DNA of 63,937 bases, filler included, from Octopus bimaculoides (lineage: Eukaryota): NCBI RefSeq assembly GCF_001194135.2. It is 5 parts of 5 records of this genome, joined end to end, with 100 filler letters (N's around TTAATTAATTAA, not from the genome) between each part and the next. Parts side by side here need not be neighbours in the genome. Positions count along the whole stretch, not along the records: positions 50,245 to 61,971 come from NC_068983.1; positions 62,072 to 63,937 come from NW_026400325.1; 3 more parts are not named here. One strand, written 5' to 3'. The notes under the pieces were generated by a model that did not search any database, was not told where the DNA came from, and saw nothing but the letters and a program-made list of their open reading frames with translations. Below are positions 53,560 to 63,937 of this stretch, piece by piece. Each line of letters starts with the position of its first letter. The first letter of the stretch is position 1. The translations under genes were made by a program, and so were the position numbers.

Positions 53560-53830
53560 CCCTCATTCAGGTTATTTCTGTTTCCATGTTTTTCCATATG
53601 TGAATAATTTCCCCTCCGATATGAGATACATTTATTATCTGCTGGAACAGATACTTCGATTACGAAACAGTCCTTTCCATGGATGTCCTTGACAACAATT
53701 TCCGGACGATTAACTTTGATTTCTTTCTCCACTTTGATTTGCATCCTAGAGTACAGCTTTGTATTTTTCGCGACCTTTTGTGGTGTATGCTTAGCCAACC
53801 TCTTTTCTACTGGTATTTGTTGAAGCAGAC
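53560..53830 (-). mobile_element. R4/NeSL-like LINE restriction-like endonuclease fragment
   Basis: HTPQKV...EKEIKVNRPEIVVKDIHGKDCFVIEVSVPAD resembles the RPD-x-D/E-x RLE motif. Confidence 0.7.
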
Positions 53831-56425
53831 AACACTTCCAGTGTCTATAAAAAAGAAAAAGCCTCAACTCTGTTATGCCTGTAGACATGTTCTATAATTA
53901 CCTTTCTATTTGTACATCTAATTGTCACTCAAATACACACATTTTAGCATCTCACATTTACTATTCTTCAAAGTCACGAGCAACTTGCGGCCCTTTTTGA
54001 TACATTTAATTTCATGAGTTCGAGCATAATATAGCTTTTCATTAAAAAAATTGTTTCTCTTTTTTCCGTTTCGTTTCATTCTTACTCATACAATCGTTAA
54101 ATACGTTTGTAGTTTGTTAAACTTTTCCAACAAACTACAAACTTTTTTTAATGGTGTGGCCCAACCCATGACAAGCAATATCTCACGCAGCCCACTGGTT
54201 GAAAAATGCTTCTCGCATCTATTTTAACCCATGTTCTTGTTCACGCCCACTCACGTTTTGCTCCCAGAACACAAATAGAATTAATGTACGCACAAGGAAT
54301 TAATATATATGCAAAAAGTTACCAGCCTAAAATAATGTTGTGGTTAATAATCTGATGCAGACCATTTGCAAATGTTGATGTTATTGGCAGAGAAATGCAG
54401 CACGAAACTGAGGACCTACCAAAGTTAATGGGGGAATACAGATTCCTGGTGCAACGTAGAGAAATGTATCTTGGTATCGGATGCTAGGAGGAGGAGGGAG
54501 AGGAGGAGGAGGGAGAGGAGGTAAAAAAAATGCTCTTCTTTATTTCTATATTCTGTTACTAACTTATCTCCTATTTCTCCTTCATATTAACTCATTGAAA
54601 AATACTTACTATTCTACCATTCCACTGTATATTAGTATTAAGACATAGTACAGGTATGATTGTCTGTTAAGTTCGCTTCACTCCACGATCACATGGCACA
54701 GCGCCCTGATCATGTGTTTTTATGTGAGTGAAATTTGGTTCATGGAAAATGTATAATAGCCTGTCAAAGGAACCGTTCCAGTTCTTGGGTGACGTACTTA
54801 TTCTATCGCCTGGCTGGGGTGTATGGGGTCTCAGGAAGGGATTGCACCTTTAATGGAAGAACACGTCCCATTCTTAGGGACGGCACCCAGAACTTACCTT
54901 TAGCTTCAAGCAGTTGTTTGCATGCAACGGGGGCCACACCTCAGTAAACCGCTTCGACGTGCTGGCTAAACTATGTGAGAGTAGCCAGCGGGTATGTAAC
55001 TCTTAGTAAGTGAGCGTTTGCCTACCTATGCATGTGAAGTCTAGCTCCGGTAGACTCAGCGAAAGAAACCTTCATGGTTCAACGAAGAAGAAAGCAACTG
55101 CGGCAACGCATTGTGGAATGCAGAGAGCAAGACGAGGCAAGTAAGACATCTTGGTCATCCACTGCATCCGTCTCCACCTCTAGTTGTCTTGATCTGGTCT
55201 TGCCATTGGATTAAAGATGATTACGGACGAGAGAATGAGGTTGACGGTACGCAAACCTTCCTCACTTTAAAGAAAGTCACAACACAAGTCGCCAGTCATC
55301 TCCAGGATAACTTGATGATCATCGTCGCCCCGAGGGACGAACATGCATCGCCCTGTTTAACACCATCACTTGTTCTTTGAACGTCTTAAAGTGGAACTGC
55401 AGTGTTGACAAATCGGTCCAGGTCTCCAGTCTGAGAAAAACTTCCTTCCATTCATCCACCAATCACGACCTTGAAAGGCGCCATGGTTGCTGCTCATACC
55501 TCTCTCACTCAAACGTATCTAAAGATATTGCTACTGACCGAAGGAATTATGGGTCATAATACAAAAGAGGTGCTCCTGTGTTGAGGTATAACTTTCTTAG
55601 ATGACCAAAGCTTTGTGAGTGCATTTCGTAGACGGAAACTGAAAGAAGCCCATCATGTGTGTGTGTGTGTGTGTGTGCGCGCACGTGTGCGCGTGTGCGC
55701 GTGTGCGTGTCCAACCGCCGCTTGACAACCGGTGTTGGTTCGTATATGTTCCCGTAACTTAGCGGTTCAACAAAAATAAGCGTTAGAATAAGTACCAGGC
55801 TTTTAAAAATATAATAATTATTAATGAAGTCGATTCGCTCGACTAAAACTCTTCAAAGTAGTGCCCCAGTGTGACCGCAGTGTATTAACTGAAATAAGTA
55901 AACGACAAAAGATATATAGAATCAGTGGAAGATCGACAAAACCAAAGGAATGCAATATTTCTTTGTTACAGTCTTTCTTCTGAGCTTAAATTCCTTTACA
56001 GATATATTAAAAGGTAAGGGATACGCTAGCACAACCTGATCTAGATAAATTTTCCAGCCTGTTTGTGAATAACTAAATGTGTCGGGTGACTCACAAAAAG
56101 TAGCTATTTATAGATAATCTATGAGAATTTTCTTATTATCTTTAAAAACCACTGAAAAGTGGTGCTTTGTTTGAGTGAGAAACTTAACATAGTTCATAAC
56201 AGTAGTTCACAAAAAAGAGAAAAAATAGAAATCAACTCAGTGTCGCCGGCTATTTAGAAAAATAATGGTGGAAAAAATAGGTGATGGGAAAATTATTTTT
56301 TATTTACAAAACTTGCTTCTCCCAGTTTTGTTAACTTACAATCTCTTGTCATTTAATTTGATAATATTATGCAGAGTCGTTAGTAAGTAGGGCAAAGGCT
56401 TAGCAGCTATTCGTCCGTCTTTACG

Positions 56426-59400
56426 AAATGCAAACAACCATGCATATTCATGGCCACTTGGCCATCGGCCCCGGAAAACTCAAGGGCTGGCCGCCATTGA
56501 ATACACTGGTGACCGGCAAAAACGATCAACTGCTCCTCTGTGTCCGCAATCGGAGCTCTGGACGTAGATTCCTAATCAACACAGGCGCAGAAGTCAGCGT
56601 GATCCCAGCGTCGGCAAGGGACCTCCGTTACAGAAAGCGGGGCCAACCTTCAACAGCTGCCAACGGATCCACAATCGAGGCATACGGTCGCTGCATCCTT
56701 TCTCTCAACATCGGCTCACAAAAATACACATGAGCATTCACCATCGCCGATGTCCATCAGCCCATTATCGGGGCAGACTTTCTTCGAGCACACTTGCTAC
56801 TGATTGATTTGCAGAGGAGACGACTCATCAACAGCAACACATACGCTTCCGTGTCTCAGACATCTGCACAAGTCGCTCTCTGCATAACAACCGTCTCTCA
56901 AACCAAGAACGAATTCTCGAATCTCCTTGCGAGTCGCCCCAGTTTCACTACTCCGACATTCTCCAAACTTACAGCCCGTAATGGAGTGACACACAACCTC
57001 CCCCCACCAGTGCACAGCCGCGCACATTGTCTATCACCAGACAAACTTGCTATTGCAAAGGCCGAATTTGACAATATGGAGGCGTTAGGCATTGTTCACC
57101 GATCCAGTAGTACATGTTCGGCACCCCTGCAGGTGGCACCAAAACCCAACGGAGGTTGGTGACCTTGCGAAGATTACCGCCGTCTCAACGCAGACACGAC
57201 ACCCGACTGCTACCCCCATTCTCGACATACAGGACTTCTCAGCCCAGCTAGCCGGGTGCTCGGTTTTCTCGAAGGTCGACCTCATCTGAGGTTACCGCCA
57301 AATAACTGTACAAGGCGACGATGTACCTAAAACCGCTGTGATCACTCCTTTCGGGCTGTATAAATTCCTACGTACATCCTTGGCCTGAAAAATGCAGCAC
57401 AATCCTTCCAACGCTTGTTGGATACTGTGTGCAGGGATCTTGCGTTTATCTTTGCATATCCTTATCACCAGCCAAAATGCGGAGCTACACAAGAAGTACC
57501 TCGTGACTCTTTTTGATAGACTGGACCAGTATGGTCTAGTAATCAACCCTGCCAAGTGTGTTTTTGGGATTACAGAAATCGATTTCCTGGGACATCGAAT
57601 CACAGGTGCTGGTGCTACACTCCTGCCAGAAAAGTGAAAGCACTGTCAAAAGATGGTTCAAAAAGACAGATGGAGTGGGTTGATGCAACGACCCCAGCCT
57701 TCAAATCCACAAACAAGCCCTGGCTAAAGCAACCATGCTGTCCTATCATATGTCAGCTCGTACTGCACTCACAGTCGATGTCTCCGATACAGCCATCGGG
57801 GGCGTTTTGGAACAGAAATACAGTGCTTTTGACAGGGAACTGCTGGCTGTCCATCTAGGTGTCCGCCACTTCCGCTATTTTCTTGAAGTCCGCACGATTG
57901 CAATGTTCACGGACCACAAACCACTCACCTTTGCTATGAGCAAGCTCTCAGAGCTTTGGTCTGCACGTCAGCAATGACAGCTATCAACCATTTCCGAGTA
58001 CACCACAGACATCTAACATATCTGGAAAAGGCAACCCTCGTGCCCTTACCTGCTCTCACACCTAACTAAACCCCAATAACAGAAGGTCTGGATTACGAGG
58101 CTATGGCTGCAGCCCAACAGACAGATAACGATATCAGGACCTACCGCACCGTCATCACCTCACTTTCCTTGCAGGATGTGCACTTTGACACCAACGGCAC
58201 AACCCTACTGTGTGATGCATCCACTTGGAAGCTACGACCGATTGTCACATTAGCCTGGCGCAGGAAGGTCTTCGGCATCATTCACGGACTGTCCCATCCA
58301 GGTACTAGAGCCACACGGCGCCTGCTGTCAAGTAAATTTATCTGGCATGGTATGGCCTTGCAAATTGGGGAGTAGACTAAGACTTGCATCCCCTGTCAAA
58401 AAGCCAAGGTCAATCAGCACACCAAAGCACCCCTCGGCAACTATGAACTACCACAGGCCCGTTTCGGCAATACCAACATTGACCTTGTCGGTTCCCTGCC
58501 ACCTTCACAGGGTTGCTCGTACCTACTGATCTTGGTAGACCACTATACTCGTTGGCCTGAGGCTATCCCTCTCCGCATCACGGAAACACAAGAAGTCAGC
58601 CGAGCCTTCATGACAAACTGGATTTCGGTGTCCCAGACAGCATCTCATCCGATCGAGGTACATAATTCAGCTCCAAGCTGTGGAATGACATGTGTGACCT
58701 TTTTAGAATCACAATGAAGCGTACAACTGCTTACCATCCACAGATCAACAGGTTAGTGGGAAGATTTCACTGCCGCCTGAAACAATCCTTGACAACCAGA
58801 CTTAATGGGCCCAATTGGATTGATCAACTTCCATAGATGATGCTGGGAATCTGCACCGCCCCAAAGGAAAACCTCAACATTTCTTCTGCGGAAATGGTGT
58901 ATGGTGCCCCTCTTACAGTGCCAGGAGAGTTCCTTCTGAACACAAAGTCAGACCCAGATGTCAAAAGGTATCTCACGCAACTGAGAGACAGTGTGGGCTA
59001 GTTGCGTCCTATTCCATGTCCACACACAGTACACTTAAATCATCCGTACCGAATTACCTCCGCACGGCTAAGTTCGTGTTCGTTCGACGTGACACGCAAC
59101 AAAAACCCCCCCAGTCACCTACGATGGCCCATATGAAGTCATATGTCCGGGAAACAAATCGTTCAAATTCCTAATTGGTAGACAAGACACTGTTTCCATC
59201 GATAGATTGAAACCGGTCCATCTCGATATTGACAACCCCGTCCAAGTAGCTCAACCACCAAACAGGGGCCGCCCCAGACAAATCACACCAACCCTTGGCA
59301 AAGAACAGTCACCAAAGAGCTGAGTAACTACGTGCACGGGCAGGGCGGTTAAAACGCCTTCCCGGTTCCAATGACAGTCAACAGTTCTGTGGAGGAGCTA

Positions 59401-59630
59401 TATGTAGGGCACTGCCCAAGGATTTATAACAGACGAACTGTAGACAGGAACTTCGCTGCGGGCTAGCTAAGGAGCTGGTCTGCAGCGAAGTGGACTTCCG
59501 GATAAGCTCTATACTATATACTCTATACTTTTGTAGAATGCGAATTCATTATTCTTATACAAGAATGTTGTTGATGTTGACAGTGACTTCGAAGTTTTGA
59601 CCAGCTAAGTTATCGTCGGACTGCGATACA
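56426..59630 (+). mobile_element. 5'-truncated, degenerate Ty3/Gypsy LTR retrotransposon (gag tail, PR-RT-RH-IN, PPT, 3' LTR)
   Basis: Domain order PR-RT-RH-IN. PR: FLINTGAEVSV (D to N). RT: GGW*PCEDYRRLN, FSKVDL, TPFGL; the YxDD motif is deleted. RH: TVDVSD, KYSAFDRELLA, TDHKPL. IN: HGLSHPG...CIPCQ, IDLVGSL, SDRG, NRLVGRFH (E to G). PPT GGAGGAG at 59391-59397, then TGTAG at 59403. No 5' LTR found. Confidence 0.93.
59403..59630 (+). repeat. Putative 3' LTR of the Gypsy element
   Basis: Starts TG just after the PPT. TATA-like CTATACTATATA at ~59508-59520. Candidate ...ATACA ends at 59561 or 59630; the right boundary is uncertain. Confidence 0.55.
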
Positions 59631-60001
59631 TTAGAGTTAGACTTGCCTCTGTTGAGTTAAAATCATCTTTGTGGGTTTGAGTGGAGTGGTAATTAAGTTT
59701 TTATTGTTGGTTGTTATAGAAAGGCGTTTTGAAAAAAATGATTAAATTTGAAGTTGTGCTATTGTTTAGAATTTATTCATGCATGTAGAACTATGTAAAC
59801 AAGCTTGTAGGTGTTTCTCTTTTGTTGGGTAGGCACAAGGTGTGACAGAATTTTTGTTACTGTTGGTATTATTGGATTGATCCCTTTTGTTCTGACAACG
59901 TAATGGTCAAAGGTATAAAGTCCAGTATTTAGGCCCTTAGCAATTGTATGTGTCGACTTTATTTTACAAAAGTAGGTGGTGGGTTTAAGCTGGTCAATTC
60001 T

Positions 60002-60127
60002 TTACTTGGTGCGATTGAAATATGCAGTGATAACCTTGTCTTTCATTTCTTTATGTAAGATATTGTCGAGCTCCAGGATCCCAAGGTACTTGTACCCATC
60101 ATCATCTGGGTCTTCATTCTCTCTCTC

Positions 60128-60128
<1 letters not shown>
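60002..60128 (-). mobile_element. R4/Dong-like LINE RT fragment
   Basis: DDGYKYLGILELDNILHKEMKDKVITAYFNR corresponds to RT domain 7 (YKYLG). Confidence 0.75.
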
Positions 60129-60193
<65 letters not shown>

Positions 60194-60211
60194 CATTATT
60201 ATTATTATTTT

Positions 60212-60608
60212 ATGTTTGACTTTTGCTTTACATTTGTACAAGTTGGCTCCAAGCCTCACCCAGAGACCTCAAGAGACAACAAGTTAAAAGTTCATGCTGG
60301 TGTTATGCCTAGGGTGCCATATATTTGGTTTTGTACATAGTGTTGTTCTAGAGAATGTTTAAAAAACCATAAGAAAATTGTTTGTTTTAAAATTTGAGAT
60401 TACATAGAAAGTATTTTGCGTAGGATATGGGCAGTTCCCATGAGCACTATCTTTTGAATTTCTGCCATTTTGGGGTTTCCTGGTATCTGAGCTAGGTATC
60501 AATCAGCCCCTTTTGCTATCATTCCCAGGGCACCTATGACAACAGGTATTGCTTTAGTTTTCAGGTTCCACATTTTGCTAATTTCTATTTCAAGATCTTT
60601 ATAAGTGC
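60212..60608 (-). mobile_element. R4/Dong-like LINE 3' end (RLE C-terminus plus 3' UTR) with (AAT)n tail
   Basis: YKDLEIEISKMWNLKTKAIPVVIGALGMIAKG...EIQKIVLMGTAHILRKILSM*, then a UTR, then (ATT)n at 60129-60210 on the plus strand. Confidence 0.85.
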
Positions 60609-61184
60609 TGTATGTATGTATGTATGTATGTATGTATGTATGTATGTATGTGGTTGTGTTGTCTCCCACCCCACCCCTCAGCCGCTTGACAACCAGTGTC
60701 GGTTTGTTTTCGTCCTCATAACTTAGCGATTTGACAAAAGAGGCCAATTGTATAAGTAGCAGGTTTTAAAAAATAAGAGCTGGGTTCGATTTGTGGGCGA
60801 CTAAACCTTTTTAAAGCGGTAGTCCAGCATGGGCACAATCCTGATCAAAGAAGTCGATGATGAAACACAAAGATAAAGTCCTCCATGTTTATAAAAAAGA
60901 GGAAATAGGAATCGAAACCCTGAATGCAGAATTTACTCCACAGTGTTTGATACCTTGTCATGGACCTTCAGCTACCAATGAAGTCGTATGAGAGCCATTG
61001 TGACAAATTGTATGCCAGTGGTCTTCATCAGTCGCAGTTGTGTTCCGGGACTTGACTCTCTGTAACACACAATGAAGGAAGACTCTGGCACTGCACTCTC
61101 CCTATCGTTGAACGACACATGGATGAGATGTCTCAAAGTCTCTATAAATTGTTATGTATGTATGTATGTATGTATGTATGTATG

Positions 61185-61284
61185 TCATTATTCAGTTCTA
61201 TTTCAAGGTTTCTTGCCAATAGAGAAGAGCCGGTTTCTAACGTAGATCAAAGGCTCTTTCATTGGAATTTTAACATCAACAGGG
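61185..61284 (+). repeat. 100-bp interspersed repeat flanked on both sides by (TATG)n, copy 1
   Basis: TCATTATTCAGTT..TTTCAAG..TTCTTG(C/T)CAATAGA..ATTGGAATTT(T/C)AACAT..CAGGG. Further copies at 61736-61835(+) and 50593-50695(-). Confidence 0.85.
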
Positions 61285-61544
61285 TATGTATGTATGTATG
61301 TATGTATGTATGTATTGGTTATATGTTAGAGACAGGTGTTCTCCATATAGAATACACTTCGAAGTGCTCAAGAGATTAGAACTTGAGCAGGTAGTGGAGT
61401 AAATGTAAGGACAAGCAAGTTAGGCATGTTGATTAACACAGAAAATTAAATACATTTAACACAAGAAATATACATGTGTATGGATAGAAAATAGTCCAAC
61501 TTACACAGAATATAAATGATACCAGGAGTTAAATGGGTTGAGTT

Positions 61545-61650
61545 TTCTGAGTCCAGCAGCTGTTTCTGGGGCTTGGTGGTCTGGAATAATGATAGTTACT
61601 TGGTTCCATTATCAGATAACTCCGCCTTCTTCTTCAGGGCAGAATTTTAC
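61545..61650 (-). ncRNA. Degenerate type I hammerhead-like motif with long stem II (Penelope-type terminus)
   Basis: CUGAAGA (plus 61631-61637) and GAAAC (plus 61562-61566). Stem II GGC/GCC with a distal UCUG-AUAAUG/CAUUAU-CAGA helix, near-palindromic stem III ACAGCUGC, and stem I CC/GG plus UUCUG/CAGAA. Confidence 0.4.
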
Positions 61651-61934
61651 ATTTGAGGTGTTGACAGGATGGAGTTTAAAGATAATATATGTATGTATGT
61701 ATGTATGTATTCATGCATGTATGTATGTATGCATGTCATTATTCAGTTTCATTTCAAGATTTCTTGTCAATAGACAAAGACTAGTTTTTAACCTAGATCT
61801 AAGGTTCCTTCATTGGAATTTCAACATTAACAGGGTATGTATGTATGTATGTATGTATGTATGTATGTATGTATGTATGTATGGATGGATGGATGCACAC
61901 ACACATATATGTGTGTATATATATATATACATAC

Positions 61935-61971
<37 letters not shown>

Positions 61972-62371
61972 NNNNNNNNNNNNNNNNNNNNNNNNNNNNN
62001 NNNNNNNNNNNNNNNTTAATTAATTAANNNNNNNNNNNNNNNNNNNNNNNNNNNNNNNNNNNNNNNNNNNNAAAAAAAAGAAATGGGAAAACTTACTGTA
62101 GTTCAGTTTATGTAAACAATACATATGTATAACGAAAGAAAAAAACAAACTTGTTCAGTATATGTAAACGAATAATTTGTAGCGAGAACATTAAATTACG
62201 TGAAAACAAACTGTTCTTCAGTTTCTGTAAACAACACATATTTTGTAGTTTGAATGTAAAACTATGAAACAATTCAAATGTAGTTTAGACGAAAAAGTAA
62301 ATTCAATAACGAAAGTTTGCGATTCCCTCTAGGATTTTGTCAAATAGATTGCAATTTTCGTATCTCCTCAA

Positions 62372-62588
62372 GGGGCGAGCTGGTAGAAATTTCTGTACGC
62401 CAGACGAAATGCTCAGCGGTATTTCGTCTGTCTTTACGTTCTGAGTTCAATTTCCGCCGAGGTCGACTTTGCCTTTCATCCTTTCGGGGTCGATAAATTA
62501 AGTACCAGTTGAGTACTGGAGTTGATCTAATCGACTGGAACCCCCCTCCTCAAAAATTTCGAGCCTTGTGCCGAGAGTAGACAAGAAT
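62372..62588 (+). mobile_element. SINE family A, near full length
   Basis: Head with A/B-box-like motifs, core GGTCGACTTTGCCTTTCATCCTTTCGGGGTCGATAAATTAAGTACCAG and tail CCTTGTGCC..AAGAAT. Confidence 0.85.
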
Positions 62589-62632
62589 ACTTAATGCATT
62601 GAACTGAAAAATAATCATATTGTGAGCGTTAA

Positions 62633-62850
62633 ATTCTTTTCTACGTTAGGCACAAAGCACGAAATTATGGGGGAGGGGGCCAGTCGATTAGATCGGCCTC
62701 AAGACGCAACTGGTACTTAATTTATCGACCCCGAAAGGATGAAAGGCAAAGTCAACCTCGACGGAATTTGAACTCAGAAACGTAAAGGCAGACGAAACAC
62801 TCCTATGCATTTCGTTTGGCGTGCTAACGACCCTGCCAGCTCGCTGCTTT
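62633..62850 (-). mobile_element. SINE family A, near full length, inverted relative to 62372-62588
   Basis: Reverse complement of the same head, core and tail. Confidence 0.85.
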
Positions 62851-63135
62851 ACACTGCATTAAATATACTAACGGTAATATAACTATTGGTGTTTCATGCA
62901 GCTGGCGTCTCTGAGTGATTAACCTGACAGATGTGTCAGCAGTAATTTTCTTCATAGCTATAGTCAACTTACAGGATATACTTAGCTCACACGTTATAGT
63001 TAACGAGCCAGTAATAGTTAATGACCGGTTGTTAAGTGGTTAATATTAACTCACCATTGTTATTGATCCATAAATACGCGAACTATAATTGAGCAACGTC
63101 TGTCAAGTAAGCAACTGTAATACTGTAGAAATAAC

Positions 63136-63530
63136 TGTTTCTAATTTAGGCACAAGGTCAGCCATTTTGAGGAGAGGGGCTTTGTCGATATCAACTTTCC
63201 AGTACTTGGCTCTATTTTATCGCCTTCGAAAGAAATAAAATTATAGTCGGCCGAGGTCGGGATTTGAACGCAGAGCCAAGAAATACGACACGATTGCTGT
63301 AATGCAATATATCCGACGCTCTAACGATTCTGTCTGTTGAAATAATTCTTTCTACTCTAGGTACAAGGCCTGAAAATTTTAAGGGAGGGATGCTTGTTGA
63401 TTCCATCGGCCCCAGAACTTCACTGGCAATTCATTTTACCGACCTCATTAAGATGAAAGGCAGTCAACTTCAATGGAATTTGTATTCCGAACGTAAAGTC
63501 GGACAAAATGCTGCAAAGCCATCACCATCA
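63136..63530 (-). mobile_element. Two further diverged family A SINE copies in tandem
   Basis: Two repeats of TTTCTA(A/C)T..AGG(C/T)ACAAGG...TTTTA(T/C)CG...GA(T/A)TT(G/T)(A/G). Confidence 0.6.
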
Positions 63531-63937
63531 TCACCATCATCACCATCATCATCATCATCATCATATCGTCGTCGTCGTCGTCGTCGTCGACGTCGTCATC
63601 ATCCTGTCAGTCGTAGTCAATAAATATTGTTGGCATGACACGTTTGCAAGATTTGGGCAGACATGAACTGAAGCGCCTTATCCAAGGAAAACAACGCGCC
63701 CCTCGGGCTGCTGCTGGTGGTGGTGGTGGAGGTAATCATTGTGGTGGTCATGGTGATGATGGTAGTTGTAGTGATGGTGGTGATGGTGGTGGTGATTGTA
63801 GCAGTGGTGGGGATGGTGTCGTTGTTGTTGTTGGTGGTGGTGGTGATGGTGACGTTGAAGTTGATGATGGTCGTTGTAGTGGTGGTAGTGTTGGTGATGG
63901 CGGTGGTGATGGTGGTTGTGATGGTAATGGTGTTGTT

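Noticed and set aside
54925-55060. Possible HDV-like ribozyme in an RTE-like 5' UTR (GGGGCCAC..CGCTTCGACGTG..GGCTAA; hairpin GCTGGCTA/TAGCCAGC)
   Set aside because: I could not assemble P1.1 and P4 in the required order. At best it is a decayed relic, and a covariance-model search is needed.
54650-56400. 5' LTR for the Gypsy element
   Set aside because: No sequence matching 59403-59630 was found upstream, so TSD and LTR-LTR dating are not possible.

Overview
Eukaryotic, AT-rich, gap-riddled draft genomic DNA with very dense microsatellites. The repeat make-up (tRNA-headed SINE families, RTE and R4/Dong-like LINE relics, Penelope-type termini) is most consistent with an octopus or other coleoid cephalopod genome. 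That assignment is inferred from pattern recognition, not from a search. I found no intact host protein-coding gene, tRNA, rRNA or CRISPR array; nearly all long ORFs in the track are microsatellite or N-gap artefacts. The window is a graveyard of mobile elements: a pogo-type DD35D transposon (19.8-23.4 kb), RTE LINE pieces (25.7-29.7, 37.4 and 50.3 kb), an internally deleted mariner with both TIRs (39.3-40.2 kb), R4/Dong-like RLE LINE pieces (43, 53.6 and 60 kb), a Helitron Rep N-terminal relic (46.8-47.4 kb), a 5'-truncated Ty3/Gypsy element with a 3' LTR (56.4-59.6 kb) and many SINEs. The most interesting signals are RNA structures. Five hammerhead-ribozyme-like motifs of the Penelope type are present. 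One (52192-52270, minus strand) has all core nucleotides and three stems, but in a non-cyclically permuted, pseudoknot-like order. There is also a clear -1 frameshift cassette at the Gypsy gag/pol junction and a 100-bp element that appears to sit inside (TATG)n arrays.
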